A stretch of DNA of 64,000 nucleotides from positions 1,024,001 to 1,088,000 of the forward strand of contig CAXXXD010000003.1 in the NCBI GenBank assembly GCA_963663385.2, given 5' to 3'. The stretch's first letter is position 1. Each line of letters opens with the position of its first letter. Position numbers and translations under genes: made by a program. This document shows positions 18,222-27,769 of the stretch, piece by piece. A model generated the notes under the pieces. The model was given only the letters and a program-made list of their open reading frames with translations, made no database searches and was not told where the DNA came from. This stretch comes from Oceanispirochaeta sp. Lineage in GTDB: Bacteria; Spirochaetota; Spirochaetia; DSM-2461.

Positions 18222-19352
18222 GTGCAGAATACTGATCAGAGAGCTACCAGAGCAATTATCCATCTTGATAACCTTGTCCATAATCTGGACTGTATACGAA
18301 CCCTTGCCGGTAAGAGGAAGATCTGTGCGGCAGTCAAGGCAGACGCCTACGGGCATGGGGCTGTAAATGTTTCAAAAAAAGCCCTTGAGTGGGGAGTTGA
18401 TTTTCTGGCCGTAGCGACAGTTCATGAGGGAGCCGTTTTACGCCATGCCGGTATTGAGGCTCCTGTTATTCTGTTCAGCTTTCCTCTGGAAAGGGAAATC
18501 CCTGATCTTGTCAAATACAATCTTTCACCATTTGTCGGGAGTTCTTCCTATCTTAACAGTCTCAACCGGGAAGCCGCCAGACAGAACAGGACTATCGGTG
18601 TCCATTTGAAAATAGATACCGGCATGGGGCGTATAGGGTGTTTGCCTGAAGAAGCGCCGGAACTTTCTCTGCAGATACGGGAGTGCGAATGCCTGATCCA
18701 GGAGGGCATCTGTACCCATTTCCCCGTCTCAGATAGCACAGATGACGAGGATGTCGCTTTTACACAGAGGCAGATCCGTATTTTCAGGGACGCTGTTGAA
18801 GCTGTACAAGCTTCTGGAATTGATCCGGGAATTGTCCATGCGGCCAATTCGGGTGCCATTATTGCCTGGCCGGAAGCTCATTTTGATATGGTCAGACCCG
18901 GAATCTGCCTCTATGGTTACTACCCTGATTCCAGAATGGAAAAGAGGCTCTGTTTCAAACCCGCAATGGAATTTGTATCGGCGGTATCCTTCCTGAAGAA
19001 AGTTGAAAAGGGTACTTCCATTTCTTATGGAAGAACATGGTATGCCCCGCAGGATACATGGATTGCCACTATTTCGGCCGGATATGGCGACGGATATAAC
19101 AGGTTGCTGTCATCAAAGGGCAGGGTGGTTATCAGAGGTGTCTCCTATCCTGTGGCCGGACGAATCTGCATGGATCAATTTATGGTTGATCTGGGACCCG
19201 AAACGGATGTGAAACTTTATGACCGTGCCGTTCTGTTCGGACCGGAACTGCCGGCTATGAATGCGGAAGGAATGGCAGAGCTTACAGGTTCTATCCCCTA
19301 TGAAATTACCTGTAATATAAATAAAAGGGTACCCAGGGAATATTTTTCCTGA
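18222..19352 (+). CDS. alr: Alanine racemase
   Basis: AVKADAYGHG, HLKIDTGMGRIG, VRPGI, SYG, GYGDG, GRICMDQ, IPYE; AAGGAG RBS before GTG 18222. Confidence 0.96.
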   Translation: MQNTDQRATRAIIHLDNLVHNLDCIRTLAGKRKICAAVKADAYGHGAVNVSKKALEWGVDFLAVATVHEGAVLRHAGIEAPVILFSFPLEREIPDLVKYNLSPFVGSSSYLNSLNREAARQNRTIGVHLKIDTGMGRIGCLPEEAPELSLQIRECECLIQEGICTHFPVSDSTDDEDVAFTQRQIRIFRDAVEAVQASGIDPGIVHAANSGAIIAWPEAHFDMVRPGICLYGYYPDSRMEKRLCFKPAMEFVSAVSFLKKVEKGTSISYGRTWYAPQDTWIATISAGYGDGYNRLLSSKGRVVIRGVSYPVAGRICMDQFMVDLGPETDVKLYDRAVLFGPELPAMNAEGMAELTGSIPYEITCNINKRVPREYFS

Positions 19353-19374
19353 TTACAGGCAGCAGTCCTGTTGA

Positions 19375-20181
19375 TCAGTGGCCGTATTTTTTTCTGAGTT
19401 TTTCAAAGTTGGTTCCAAACAGTTCATCCACCTTGTCACCCAGATAGTTACTGACTTCTGCAATATAAAAATCATGGATTATATAACCTTCGATTGATTT
19501 TATCAGTCCCTGATTCCTTGTCCAGACAGCCTGACAGGGCATAACTCCCCCCAGACTTCCGGTTATGCAGACCTGTCCGTCAATAACCAGATCCAGTGAA
19601 CGGCCCACTTCTTTAATATCATTGAGTTTCTCTATGTTATGATAGTAAACCTCCCCGAAATCCGGTTTGGCCGTACCGTAAAGCAGGATATTGATTCTTA
19701 CACCCCGGGAGGACGCTTTGCGGAAACTGTCCTCCAGTTCGGCAAACTCGTCGTCCCAGATCCCGACAAAAATGGTAGATTCCGCTTCTTCGGTCAGCTG
19801 CCGTGACATTTCCATCGCTTCCGATCTTCCGGACAGGTTCCACACCGGATCAAAATCCGCTGTAAATTTTATGGATTCCAATTGGTGCTGCAGCTCGCTC
19901 GTTCTTTTGGAATTGTCCCTACGCAGCCGGGAAATAAGTTCTTCCGGTGAGATGGGTGAAAAGAGCTCCGGGTTGGTTCCCTTGGATGTGACGTACCCTT
20001 TCTTTATGAGTCGTCTGGTTATGTCATAGACGCGGGAGTGGGGAACTCCCGAGTTTTTTGAAATATTATAGGCGCTTAAGGGGTGATCATTGATAAGTGT
20101 CATATAGACTTTCCCCTCGTACTCTGTAAATCCCAGCTCTTTTAAATTGGATAGTATTGCTTGAGTCTCTTTTTCAGTCAT
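19375..20181 (-). CDS. TrmB-family transcriptional regulator
   Basis: LKELGFTEYEGKVY..SGVPHSRVYD..LIKKG wHTH plus C-terminal effector domain (RGVRINILLYG). Confidence 0.9.
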   Translation of the reverse strand: MTEKETQAILSNLKELGFTEYEGKVYMTLINDHPLSAYNISKNSGVPHSRVYDITRRLIKKGYVTSKGTNPELFSPISPEELISRLRRDNSKRTSELQHQLESIKFTADFDPVWNLSGRSEAMEMSRQLTEEAESTIFVGIWDDEFAELEDSFRKASSRGVRINILLYGTAKPDFGEVYYHNIEKLNDIKEVGRSLDLVIDGQVCITGSLGGVMPCQAVWTRNQGLIKSIEGYIIHDFYIAEVSNYLGDKVDELFGTNFEKLRKKYGH

Positions 20182-20234
20182 AATATTCTCTCAATCATAC
20201 TCTTCTCTGTGTCTGTTGTTCAAGAATCCTTTTT

Positions 20235-22055
20235 TTACAGGACCAGGGGAACAAAACAGGGCGCCTGCCCCTCTTTCAGCTGAACCAGGCCTCTATTGGA
20301 TATATGAAGCTCGGGCAGTACTATCAGTCCCAGAAGGCTGATTGTCATTTCAGCCGATTCATGGGGGCAGCCGATCTGTTTCAGAGCTTCCTCCAGTTCC
20401 CGGATCTCCTCTCCCGCTTCCTCCACTGATTTCAGGCTCATTAAACCGCCAAAAGAGAGAGAAACATGGGCCAGCACTTTACCGCTTTTTACGACTACAA
20501 GACCACCGCCGCTGTTTTTAAGCGTATTGGCCGCAATGGCCATATCCCTGTCACTGGTCCCCAGTACCAGAAGATTATGGCTGTCATGGGAAACCGTGGA
20601 GGCATATGCCGTATTTTCTTTTAAGCACACCCCTTTGACAAATCCCATAGACCGCCTGTCCTGTTCCGACACAGTTTTTTCATGGCGGTAGAGGCAGCAG
20701 ATCTTTACCAGGTCATTTGAAGCATCCGCTTTTAACTCCCCATCCTGCGGTTTGATAGAGATGTGTTCTTCCCGTGTAAATACCATGCCCGGAATCAGGC
20801 GGATCGCCCGTATGTTCTGTTCTTCAGAAGATTCAATGGGTATTTTAAAGTTCTCTTCGGTCTGCTCCGGAATATAGATGGAATTCAGGGCCCATTCCGG
20901 ATACTGGTAACTTTCAATAGTCACTTTGAGAGAGCCTTTTTCAGCCGTAATCGTTCCGCCGGAAACAACCAGGTTAACTGTCAAATCCTTAAGATTGTCC
21001 ACCAGTAGGATATCCGCCGCCTTACCGGGGGCAACAGAACCTATCCATCTGTCCTTTCCAAGAAGTTGGGCGGCATTTATTGTTACCATCTGAATGGCTT
21101 TGACAGGAGAAATCCCCAGACGGACGGCTTCTCTTAAAACACGGATCAAATGACCCTCCCTGGAAATTGTATAGGGAGTGACATCATCGGTTACCAGAGT
21201 AAACATTCTTGTATCCATGTCAGGTTTATCCAGTATGGCGGGAACCAGGTTGGGCAGATCCAGCCAGGCTGTTCCATAACGCTGCTGCACATACATGCCC
21301 CGCCTGGCTTTTTCCAGAGCTTCATCCGCCTGTGTACTTTCATGGCAGGCGGTCATACCGGAGGCAATAAAGGCATTGAGTCCTCCCTTGAGATCAGGAG
21401 AAGAGTAGTGCCCAGTCATGACCTTGTCCCGGGATAGGCTTTCCACTCCAATGGCATGTACTGCTGAATCTCCCAATATGACACCGGGAAAGTTCATCTG
21501 CTCTCCCTGCAGTTCCACCCATCCTTTCTCATAGGCCTCTCCCACATCAGCAGGCGTGATTTCCGCACCGGCATCCTCCATACCGGGAATGGAAGGGACA
21601 CAGACAGGCATGGCGGTGAATACCTTCAAGGGTAGATTTTCAGCGATCTTACTGAACAGTTCTACCGCCTTGACGCCGAAAACATTGGTCATTTCATGTA
21701 TATCCGGACAGATGGTTGTTGTTCCGTGGGGAAGAATTCCTGCTGCAAAGGAAGGGAGATCTACCATTGAACTTTCCACATGCATATGGCTGTCGATCAA
21801 ACCGGGCAGTATATACTGGCCCCGGGCATCTATAATCTGTGTTGACTCTGAGACGGGGTGGTTACTTGCATCTCCTGCATAGGCAATAAATCCTTTATAA
21901 ACAATAACATCACAGTTTTCTTCAATCAGAGCCGTGTGTACATTAACCAGTTTTCCGTTCCGGATAATCAGTTCTCCCGCCGTCTGACCCATGGCGACAG
22001 ATGCCAGTTCTTCAGTTATTCTGGTTTTATCATTGATTAATGTCCTGAAGTCCAT
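20235..22055 (-). CDS. ade: Adenine deaminase (amidohydrolase)
   Basis: PGLIDSHMHVESS, HGTTT..DIHE, CHES, TDD, GSVAPGKAAD, SHDSHNL; AGGAG RBS before ATG 22055. Confidence 0.88.
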   Translation of the reverse strand: MDFRTLINDKTRITEELASVAMGQTAGELIIRNGKLVNVHTALIEENCDVIVYKGFIAYAGDASNHPVSESTQIIDARGQYILPGLIDSHMHVESSMVDLPSFAAGILPHGTTTICPDIHEMTNVFGVKAVELFSKIAENLPLKVFTAMPVCVPSIPGMEDAGAEITPADVGEAYEKGWVELQGEQMNFPGVILGDSAVHAIGVESLSRDKVMTGHYSSPDLKGGLNAFIASGMTACHESTQADEALEKARRGMYVQQRYGTAWLDLPNLVPAILDKPDMDTRMFTLVTDDVTPYTISREGHLIRVLREAVRLGISPVKAIQMVTINAAQLLGKDRWIGSVAPGKAADILLVDNLKDLTVNLVVSGGTITAEKGSLKVTIESYQYPEWALNSIYIPEQTEENFKIPIESSEEQNIRAIRLIPGMVFTREEHISIKPQDGELKADASNDLVKICCLYRHEKTVSEQDRRSMGFVKGVCLKENTAYASTVSHDSHNLLVLGTSDRDMAIAANTLKNSGGGLVVVKSGKVLAHVSLSFGGLMSLKSVEEAGEEIRELEEALKQIGCPHESAEMTISLLGLIVLPELHISNRGLVQLKEGQAPCFVPLVL

Positions 22056-22395
22056 CTTTTTCTCCTGTGTTCTTTGTAAAAAAAATGATGTCTGGAACAT
22101 TTTTTTCTTACATCCATCCAGTTTCATTATGAATAATATTCCAGAATATACAAATATAAATACTCATAATATTAAATCTATTTCTGCCATATTAGAAGAA
22201 TTAAGTATTTATTCTCTTCTTAACAGTGTTTATCCTACAGCATTAAGACAGAGTTCTTGAAAATTCTTGACAGCTGTGAGATTTCATGATTAAATAATAA
22301 TACGAGTGGCGAATTAATATGATTATATTGTTGAAGTAATGTATTATAAGTTATTGTAATTTAATAAATAAACATAATTCGACAGGAGAATTATA

Positions 22396-23517
22396 ATGGT
22401 AAATCGTTCAAATGATTTGAGAGAAAACAACAGAAAAGTTATTTTGAAAGAAATCCTGACACAGGAACAGATCTCTCGACAGGAGATTATTGAACAGTCC
22501 GGACTGGCCTCCAGCACAGTCTCTTCCATTATGAAGGAGATCCTTGAGGAGGATATAATCCGTAAGTCCGGTCAGATCAGCTCACCCGGAATGGGGCGGA
22601 AAACAGATATTTTCACCAAAAATGGAAATCATGCCCGGATTCTGGTTGTGAACCTGACATTCGAAAGCAGCCGGATCGCCCTGGTGGATCTTAATCTGAA
22701 TATTCTGTCTGAAAAAGAGATTTCCATTGCCGATTTCAATTCAGATAATGTTGTTTCTGCGTTGAGGACGGAAATGGCTGAATATCTGGATGAACCCGGC
22801 GCTCATATACAGTCTATCGTTCTGGCTCTTCCCCACTATCCCTATGAGAAGGAACAGTTGAAGTTACTTCTCAGTGAAACTCAGACTCTGCCTGTTTACA
22901 CTATTAATAATGTCGAAGCCATGGGGATGTATGACAGCCACTACCGTTACGGTGATACGAACTTCAACTCCCTGTTTTATATTTTTGTCGGTACCGGTAT
23001 CGGATCAGCATTCTTTCATAAGGGTGAACTGCTGGTCGGAGAAAACGGTTATGCCTCTGATCTCGGACATATACATATCACAGATAAACCTGTAGGCTGC
23101 CGATGCGGTAAAAGCGGGTGCCTTGAAACCGTATCCTCCGAAGAGGCTTTGATCCAGTCACTGCTGGAATCGGGGAAGATGGATAAACGGATAAGCGGTG
23201 AAGACCTGTTGGCCATTCTGAAAGAGGGTATAGACCGGCGGGATGAGAATATTCTTGAACTGGTCGGCAGTGCCGCCTCCTATCTGGCAGAGGCTATTCT
23301 GACTGTCAATTCCCTGCTGGATCCGCAGGCTATTATTCTGACCGGGCGAATGGTGGATCTGAATCCCTACTTCTCCCAGAAACTGGACGAAGCGCTCTAT
23401 GCCAGAGCAGGCCGCCGTTCTCTCTATTCCAACAAGTTGATCTACCAATCCTATAAACAGGACTCCGCCGCCAAAGGGGCGGCCTTGTATGCGTTCTTAA
23501 CCGCTTACAGCGGATAA
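22396..23517 (+). CDS. ROK-family transcriptional repressor
   Basis: N-terminal HTH (ISRQEI..SGLASSTVS..GRK), GTGIGS, LGH, Zn motif CRCGKSGCLET. Confidence 0.92.
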   Translation: MVNRSNDLRENNRKVILKEILTQEQISRQEIIEQSGLASSTVSSIMKEILEEDIIRKSGQISSPGMGRKTDIFTKNGNHARILVVNLTFESSRIALVDLNLNILSEKEISIADFNSDNVVSALRTEMAEYLDEPGAHIQSIVLALPHYPYEKEQLKLLLSETQTLPVYTINNVEAMGMYDSHYRYGDTNFNSLFYIFVGTGIGSAFFHKGELLVGENGYASDLGHIHITDKPVGCRCGKSGCLETVSSEEALIQSLLESGKMDKRISGEDLLAILKEGIDRRDENILELVGSAASYLAEAILTVNSLLDPQAIILTGRMVDLNPYFSQKLDEALYARAGRRSLYSNKLIYQSYKQDSAAKGAALYAFLTAYSG

Positions 23518-23537
23518 ATAATTAAAGGAGTTTTATT

Positions 23538-24827
23538 ATGTTGAATAAAGCATTTATGTTCTGTCTGGGATTACTGATGCTCTCAAGCGGATTTGCCGCA
23601 GGTTCTCAGGAGGAAGCCGCAGAAACCGGTCCTGTTACCATACAGCTCGGTATTTCCACAAGAGAAGTGGGGGCCGCTCTTCCGGAACTGCTGGAGGCTT
23701 TTGCTGCGGAAAATCCGAATATCAAAGTAGAATGGAACAAGGTTCCCGGTGTTCCCAATGATCAGCATACCCTTTACGTGACAAACCTGATGGCTCAAGC
23801 CGAAGAGCCTGATGTAATGGCCCTTGATGTTATCTGGCCAGGTGAGTTTATCGCTAACGGCTGGGCTGCACCACTGAATGACTATTTTAACAATTCCGAT
23901 CTGGATCAGTATCTGGACGGTATGATGAACTCCGTTACACTTGACGGTCAGGTTTATGGTATACCTCTGTACACCAATGCCATTCATTTTTTCTACAGAA
24001 AAGATCTGCTTGACAAATACGGGCTGGAAAAACCTGAAACCTGGGAAGAGCTAATCGAAACTGCCATAATTGTAACCGAGAAAGAGAAAAATCCTGACCT
24101 AAACGGTTATATCAGTATGTGGGCTCAGATCGAAGGCCTTTTCATGAACTATCTGCAGTTTCTCTGGGGAGCGGGCGGACAATTCTTCGACAGCAGCGGC
24201 AAGCCTTCCATCAATTCTCCTGAAGCGGTTAAGGCTCTGAGTACCATGGTGGATATGATCTACAAGTACGAAGTGGCACCCGAAAGTATACTGACCTACA
24301 AACCCAACGATGCCATGGCACTTTTCAGACAGGGGCGAGCGGTATTTATGATTGTTCAGGACTTTGTCTGGCCCATGCTGAATGAAGATGATTCTCCTGT
24401 TAAAGGAAAGGTCATGATGGACAGGGTTCCCTTTTTTGAGGGTAATGCTGATACCAGTACCGTCTGTATGGGTGGCTGGATCCTGACCGTTAATCCCTAT
24501 TCAGAGCATAAGGCTGAAGCGGTAGAATTGATCCGTTATCTGACAACAAAAGAAAGCGGCACCATCCTCGGTACCAAAGCCGGATGTATGCCCGCTGTTA
24601 AGGGGATGGAAAGCAATCAGGATCTGCTGAAGGCGTACCCCATAGCCGAAACCCTGTATAAGGATTTTGCCGTAGGCGATGTACGACCCTCCGCTCAGGC
24701 CGGAGCCAACTATCCTGAACTCTCCCATATTATGCAGAAAGAGATCCATGCGGCTCTTCTTCAGGAAAAAAATCCTCAGGAAGCATTGAACGCAGCCCAG
24801 AAAGAGCTGGAAGCCCTCTTGCAGTAA
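23538..24827 (+). CDS. Carbohydrate ABC transporter substrate-binding protein
   Basis: Signal peptide, PDVMALDVIW, YGIPLY, FFYRKDLL, PETWEEL, GGWIL. Confidence 0.92.
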   Translation: MLNKAFMFCLGLLMLSSGFAAGSQEEAAETGPVTIQLGISTREVGAALPELLEAFAAENPNIKVEWNKVPGVPNDQHTLYVTNLMAQAEEPDVMALDVIWPGEFIANGWAAPLNDYFNNSDLDQYLDGMMNSVTLDGQVYGIPLYTNAIHFFYRKDLLDKYGLEKPETWEELIETAIIVTEKEKNPDLNGYISMWAQIEGLFMNYLQFLWGAGGQFFDSSGKPSINSPEAVKALSTMVDMIYKYEVAPESILTYKPNDAMALFRQGRAVFMIVQDFVWPMLNEDDSPVKGKVMMDRVPFFEGNADTSTVCMGGWILTVNPYSEHKAEAVELIRYLTTKESGTILGTKAGCMPAVKGMESNQDLLKAYPIAETLYKDFAVGDVRPSAQAGANYPELSHIMQKEIHAALLQEKNPQEALNAAQKELEALLQ

Positions 24828-24835
24828 TTTCATCC

Positions 24836-24864
24836 TGCCGACGGCCCTGCAGGGGCCGCCGGTA
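24836..24864 (+). terminator. Intercistronic stem-loop after the binding-protein gene
   Basis: TGCCG-A-CGGCCC...GGGCCG-C-CGGTA inverted repeat without a U-tract; likely an mRNA-stabilising element. Confidence 0.45.
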
Positions 24865-24925
24865 TCCTACTTCTCAATTTAAGGTTTAGAGAGTCATCAG
24901 CATTGATGGTTCAAGGAGCTCGATT

Positions 24926-25810
24926 ATGAATGAAATGGCCCGTAGAAAACTATTCGGCCTGGTTCTTGTTCTGCCGGCTTTTCTCTGCGTATTTTTTGTG
25001 CTGTTTCTGCCGGCCATGAATACAATTGTTAAAAGTTTTACGGCTTTTTCTCCCATGAGTCAGGGAGTGACAGTCTTTACGGGACTTGAAAATTACAAAA
25101 CAATCTTCAGCAATGAAGAGTTTGTCCGCAGTTTTACCAATACCCTGCATTTTGCGGGAGTATCCGTCTTTTTCGAACTGCTGATAGGTCTTTTATTGGC
25201 ATTGATACTGAATAAGGCATTGGCTTTCAGAGGTGTTGTCCGGACAGCGATCCTGTTCCCCTGGGTACTGCCTACGGCTCTTAACGCCATCATCTGGCGC
25301 TGGCTGTTTAATACGGATTTCGGCTTCTTTAATAACTTTCTGAAGATATGCGGACTGATCGAACAGAATATCAACTGGCTGGGCGAAGTGGATCTGGCCA
25401 TGAGTAGTATGATTGCCGTGGCTGTCTGGAAAACCAGTTCGTTTATTGCGTTGATTTTACTGACCGGTCTGCAGTCCATCTCGGAGGAACTGTATGAAGC
25501 AGCCTCTATCGACGGAGCAAGTTACTGGCAGAAATTGAAGTGTATCACACTGCCGCTTCTGGCGCCGTCCATCCTTCTGGCTCTGCTTTTCCGTTCCATG
25601 GATGCTCTGCGTTCTTTTGAACTTCCTTTTGCTCTGACACAGGGGGGGCCCGGCGGTTCAACCCAGACTCTGAGTCTTTTCGGATACAGGCAGTTCTTTC
25701 AGTTCCTGAAATTTGACCGCGGTGCTGCTGTCTCGGTTATTCAATTTCTGTTTATTCTGGTACTGGGTCTTATCTATATCAGAGTACTGAAAGGAGGAGA
25801 TGAGTCATGA
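24926..25810 (+). CDS. Carbohydrate ABC transporter permease (MalF-like)
   Basis: EAA loop LYEAASIDGAS; TM segments. Confidence 0.93.
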   Translation: MNEMARRKLFGLVLVLPAFLCVFFVLFLPAMNTIVKSFTAFSPMSQGVTVFTGLENYKTIFSNEEFVRSFTNTLHFAGVSVFFELLIGLLLALILNKALAFRGVVRTAILFPWVLPTALNAIIWRWLFNTDFGFFNNFLKICGLIEQNINWLGEVDLAMSSMIAVAVWKTSSFIALILLTGLQSISEELYEAASIDGASYWQKLKCITLPLLAPSILLALLFRSMDALRSFELPFALTQGGPGGSTQTLSLFGYRQFFQFLKFDRGAAVSVIQFLFILVLGLIYIRVLKGGDES

Positions 25811-26622
25811 AAAAAACTCTCTATTATCTGATGCTGATCGCTCTTATGACTATTTTCTTCTTCCCCGTCGTTTGGATTATGCTGACTTCACTGAAAACTA
25901 CAGGCGAGATATACGACTGGCCGCCCACGTTCATTCCGAAAAATCCCGTTCTGGATAACTATGAGACGGTATTTCTGAAATCCAATCTGGGTATGTATAT
26001 CGGCAATACCATGATTGTTGCCTGTTTTTCCACACTGCTGGTTATTCTGCTAGCCTCTCTGGCCGGTTACGGGATCTCCCGGATCAGGTTTAAAGGAGCC
26101 TCCTTTTTTCTGGTTTTCTTTCTGGCCATGTCCATGTTTCCCCAGCTCTCTGTTGCCCCCTCCCTGTTTCTGTGGCTGCGTCAGCTGAAATTGATCAATC
26201 ACTTCTCTGGACTGGTTCTTGTCTATACCGGACTGTTTACGCCCATAGCTATATGGATCCTTTCCACCTACTTCAGAACCATCCCCATGGATGTGGAGGA
26301 ATCGGCCAAGATTGACGGCTGTTCTTCCCTGAGGATCCTTTTTCAGATACTGATGCCACTGGCTCTGCCGGGGATGGCTGCGGCCTCACTGATAGTGGCC
26401 ATCTTTGTATGGAATGAGTTCCTTCTCTCACTGATTATTCTGTCCAAGGATAACCTGAGAACAGCTACTGTCGGAATTGCTCTCTACCCGGGTGAATATG
26501 CCTTTCCCTGGGAGTTGATTACGACTGCAACTTTTATGGCGGTTCTGCCGCTGGTTTTTGTACTGTTCTTTTTTCAGAAAAATATTATCGGCGGCCTGAC
26601 TGCAGGAGCTGTTAAATCATAA
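25807..26622 (+). CDS. Carbohydrate ABC transporter permease (MalG-like)
   Basis: EESAKIDGCS, WNEFL, GGLTAGAVK; ATGA overlap with the upstream permease. Confidence 0.93.
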   Translation: MKKTLYYLMLIALMTIFFFPVVWIMLTSLKTTGEIYDWPPTFIPKNPVLDNYETVFLKSNLGMYIGNTMIVACFSTLLVILLASLAGYGISRIRFKGASFFLVFFLAMSMFPQLSVAPSLFLWLRQLKLINHFSGLVLVYTGLFTPIAIWILSTYFRTIPMDVEESAKIDGCSSLRILFQILMPLALPGMAAASLIVAIFVWNEFLLSLIILSKDNLRTATVGIALYPGEYAFPWELITTATFMAVLPLVFVLFFFQKNIIGGLTAGAVKS

Positions 26623-26638
26623 GATAAGGAGTTATTTG

Positions 26639-27739
26639 ATGAACAACAAAATGAAAGAAAAGCTGATTGCTTTTTCCGAAAAACTGGTCAATCAGGAAGA
26701 CGCGAAAATTATTGTACCAGCTCAGGATGCCTCGACCGGATTCTGGTTCGGGGGCGGGAAAATGATCTGTGACGAAAAAGGTGACCTTTATGTAAGCGGG
26801 CGCTACCGAAATTTCGGGGATTCCCGTACTGGTACGGGGGCCGGTGTTCGCGGACTGGAACTGGCTATATTCAAGTCCAGTGATAAAGGCAAAAACTTTG
26901 AGAAAGTAAAATCTTTCAGTAAGAAAGATCTGAATATCAATGGTAGAGAGATTCTTTCCATAGAGGGAACAGCCTTAAATCTTACGGAAGACGGGGTGGA
27001 GATGTTTATTTCAACGGAGAAACTGAACCGACCCTTTCCGGAAGGTCTGGAACAATTCCATAAACCCGGAACCGGCTCCTGGACCATTGAGCTGATGAAA
27101 GCTGATTCAGTAAAGAACCTCAGTACAGATAATTATGAAACCATATTGGAAACAAACGATCCCCGCTGGTTCAATATCAAAGATCCCTTCGTTTATAGAA
27201 CCAGGGAAGATGATCTTATTCTCGGTTACTGTACTCATCCCTTTAACTGGGCCAGTTCAAATACGGGATATGTGGTCAGAAAGAAAGGAGAAAGCAGTTT
27301 TTCTGCTCAGTGTAATACTTTTTTTCCAAGGGGATTCTGCTGGGATGTTGGAATAACAAGAGGAACCGCTTTTCTCCGGGTACCACGGATCGGTTTATTC
27401 GAAAACGAGGATCTGACTCTCTGTTTTTATGACGGTGGAGAGGCAATGCGCAGTTACGAAGCCCATGCCAATGCAGTTAAGCGTCCCAGGGGATCCTCCT
27501 GTGAAGAGTTGGGCGGTCTTGCCTTTTTCAGAGGGGATAATCTGAAAAGCATGGAACGTTTATCTACTGTTCTTCCCCAGTTTGTTTCTCCCTGGGGTAC
27601 CGGATGCAGCCGGTATGTGGATGTACTGGAGACAGAAGAGGGCTTTTATACCACCTGGCAGCAGTGTCAGGAAGATCTCTCTCAGCCTCTGGTAATGAAT
27701 TTTGTAAAAAAAGAGGAGGCAGTCAGAATCCTTACATAA
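26639..27739 (+). CDS. Putative cytoplasmic beta-propeller glycoside hydrolase-like protein
   Basis: Asp-box-like SSDKGKNF, IKDPFV, aromatic/beta-rich; no signal peptide; last gene of the sugar ABC operon; family uncertain. Confidence 0.55.
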   Translation: MNNKMKEKLIAFSEKLVNQEDAKIIVPAQDASTGFWFGGGKMICDEKGDLYVSGRYRNFGDSRTGTGAGVRGLELAIFKSSDKGKNFEKVKSFSKKDLNINGREILSIEGTALNLTEDGVEMFISTEKLNRPFPEGLEQFHKPGTGSWTIELMKADSVKNLSTDNYETILETNDPRWFNIKDPFVYRTREDDLILGYCTHPFNWASSNTGYVVRKKGESSFSAQCNTFFPRGFCWDVGITRGTAFLRVPRIGLFENEDLTLCFYDGGEAMRSYEAHANAVKRPRGSSCEELGGLAFFRGDNLKSMERLSTVLPQFVSPWGTGCSRYVDVLETEEGFYTTWQQCQEDLSQPLVMNFVKKEEAVRILT

Positions 27740-27769
27740 ACTGCTGAAAAGGAGAACAGACTCAACTGA

